This document shows, piece after piece, positions 62,601 through 64,000 of a DNA stretch of 64,000 nt. How positions within the stretch are numbered: position 1 is the stretch's first letter; the number at the start of each line of letters is the position of its first letter. The position numbers and the translations under genes were made by a program. The stretch is from positions 8,370,001 to 8,434,000 of the forward strand of contig JBHGNT010000002.1 of assembly GCA_043228905.1 (NCBI GenBank), in the 5' to 3' direction. The stretch comes from Azolla caroliniana (Eukaryota; Plantae; Polypodiophyta). The notes beneath the pieces were generated by a model. That model was not told the origin of the DNA, made no database searches, and saw only the letters and a list, made by a program, of their open reading frames with translations.

Positions 62601-62649
62601 TATTTAAAATGCCATCCACCACACCTTCTAGCTTTGGAATCAAATAAAC

Positions 62650-63100
62650 CATTCCTTCATTCCACTTAGTAGGCATTCTTCCCAAGAAAAATCTCTTGTA
62701 AGGAGGATGTGAAAACATCGGCTATATCACCCCAATACTCTAACAAAAATTATGGTAATAATCCATCATTTCGTGGACATACATTCTTCCCAACAGGCAC
62801 CAATGTAGGTCTTACCTCTGCAAAAGAGATTTCCGTCACCAATGATTAATCCATCTCATTTGAAACCTTATGTTCCAAACTGTCCAAAACTATTTTTCTT
62901 TTTTGGAGTTGTTGAACCGAAAATTGTTGGGTTATTAGTAGATTTTTATAAAAGTTCATAGCAATGTCCCTCATTTCATTAGTGTCCTTTGTAATAGACC
63001 CATCTTCCCTTTGAAGTTCTCTCATACAACTACCTGAATGACCACCTTGATAAGATGCAAAACATTCGGAATTCACATTATCAGCTAATCGAGTTCACTT
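62650..63100 (-). mobile_element. Degenerate L1-type ORF2 fragment
   Basis: ELQREDGSITKDTNEMRDIAMNFYKNL resembles the L1 EN-RT linker. Confidence 0.6.
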
Positions 63101-63109
63101 TGCGATGGA

Positions 63110-63900
63110 TTAGTATACCAACATTTCTTCTTTATATAATCCTGATTATCCACCCCATCTTGATATTCTCCAACTTTGTCATGATTCCCTATGAGAGAAG
63201 ATTAAGATTTTGTAATTGCTGAAATAATTGAGTTGATAAGAAAGAACTATTGGTGGCCTTCCCTCAAAAATCAGTTCGAACTTTTATCAATTCAAGTGAC
63301 ACTTATTGTGAGGTTTAACACCCAACACATGTTACTCCATCCAATACGGGTACCTGATGTGCCTTGGAAAAGCATCTCCATCAACTTCACCTCAAAACTT
63401 CTACAATCACATAATTATGATTCCATTCTCATGGTCATTGATCATTTTTCTAAATGGCACATGTCATACCAAGTTCATCATCTATCTTAAAGAAATCTAT
63501 AGCCACACTTCAACTTTGAGAAGTTTTTCGCCTTCATAGTCTACCATATGCTATTGTTAATGATTGATACCCACAATTCATCATGGACTTTTGGTAATGA
63601 CAATTGCAACTCTTACAAATCTATAAGGCACTATCCTCTAGGCACCATCCCTAAAGAAATGTTCATATTGACGAAACACAGATCTACCATTGTTATTGAT
63701 AGATGCCTACAATTCATCGGGGGCTTATGAAACAATCATTGCAACTCTTATGAATATATAAAACATTATCCCTTAGGCACCAATTAAAATCAAAGTTCAA
63801 ATTGAAGGAACCAACTAAACCGTAAAGAAGAATTTATGTTGTTATATTTCCGATCAAGAGGATTATTGAGCTAATTGACAGCGATATAGAAGTGATGACA
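63110..63900 (+). mobile_element. Degenerate gypsy integrase fragment
   Basis: Translations RKNYWWPSL, PDVPWKSISINF and YDSILMVIDHFSK. Confidence 0.75.
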
Positions 63901-64000
63901 TGATTTTTTTCATTTATTATAGTTTGTGGGCTATCATTAGAACATAGTTTGCATGGTACTATCATTGGTGTTTGAATAGGTTTGCAATCAACCATGTCAA

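Overview
A transposon-dense eukaryotic window, most consistent with a non-seed land plant (inferred from the mix of Tcn1-like, Phygy-like and RTEX elements and the intron style). It holds three intact host genes: a two-exon type III polyketide synthase (minus, 6866-8718) that mixes ASCL and CHS features and carries a repeat-containing N-terminal extension, PPD1 (plus, 45810-46676), and a six-coding-exon UXT prefoldin-like gene (plus, 55549-58375) with a U12-type intron. Most of 12.8-44 kb is a nest of LTR retrotransposons: a self-priming chromovirus with a -1 frameshift signal, tRNA-Trp-primed gypsy elements with 4-bp TSDs, and several copia elements, one of them rearranged into a fold-back palindrome. 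There are also L1 and RTEX LINEs. The most unusual items are a 150-bp TG...CA palindromic mini-element with a 5-bp TSD, a chimera of intron-bearing cupin and ABCF gene fragments, and the hybrid PKS. All calls come from reading the sequence by eye; no searches were run.
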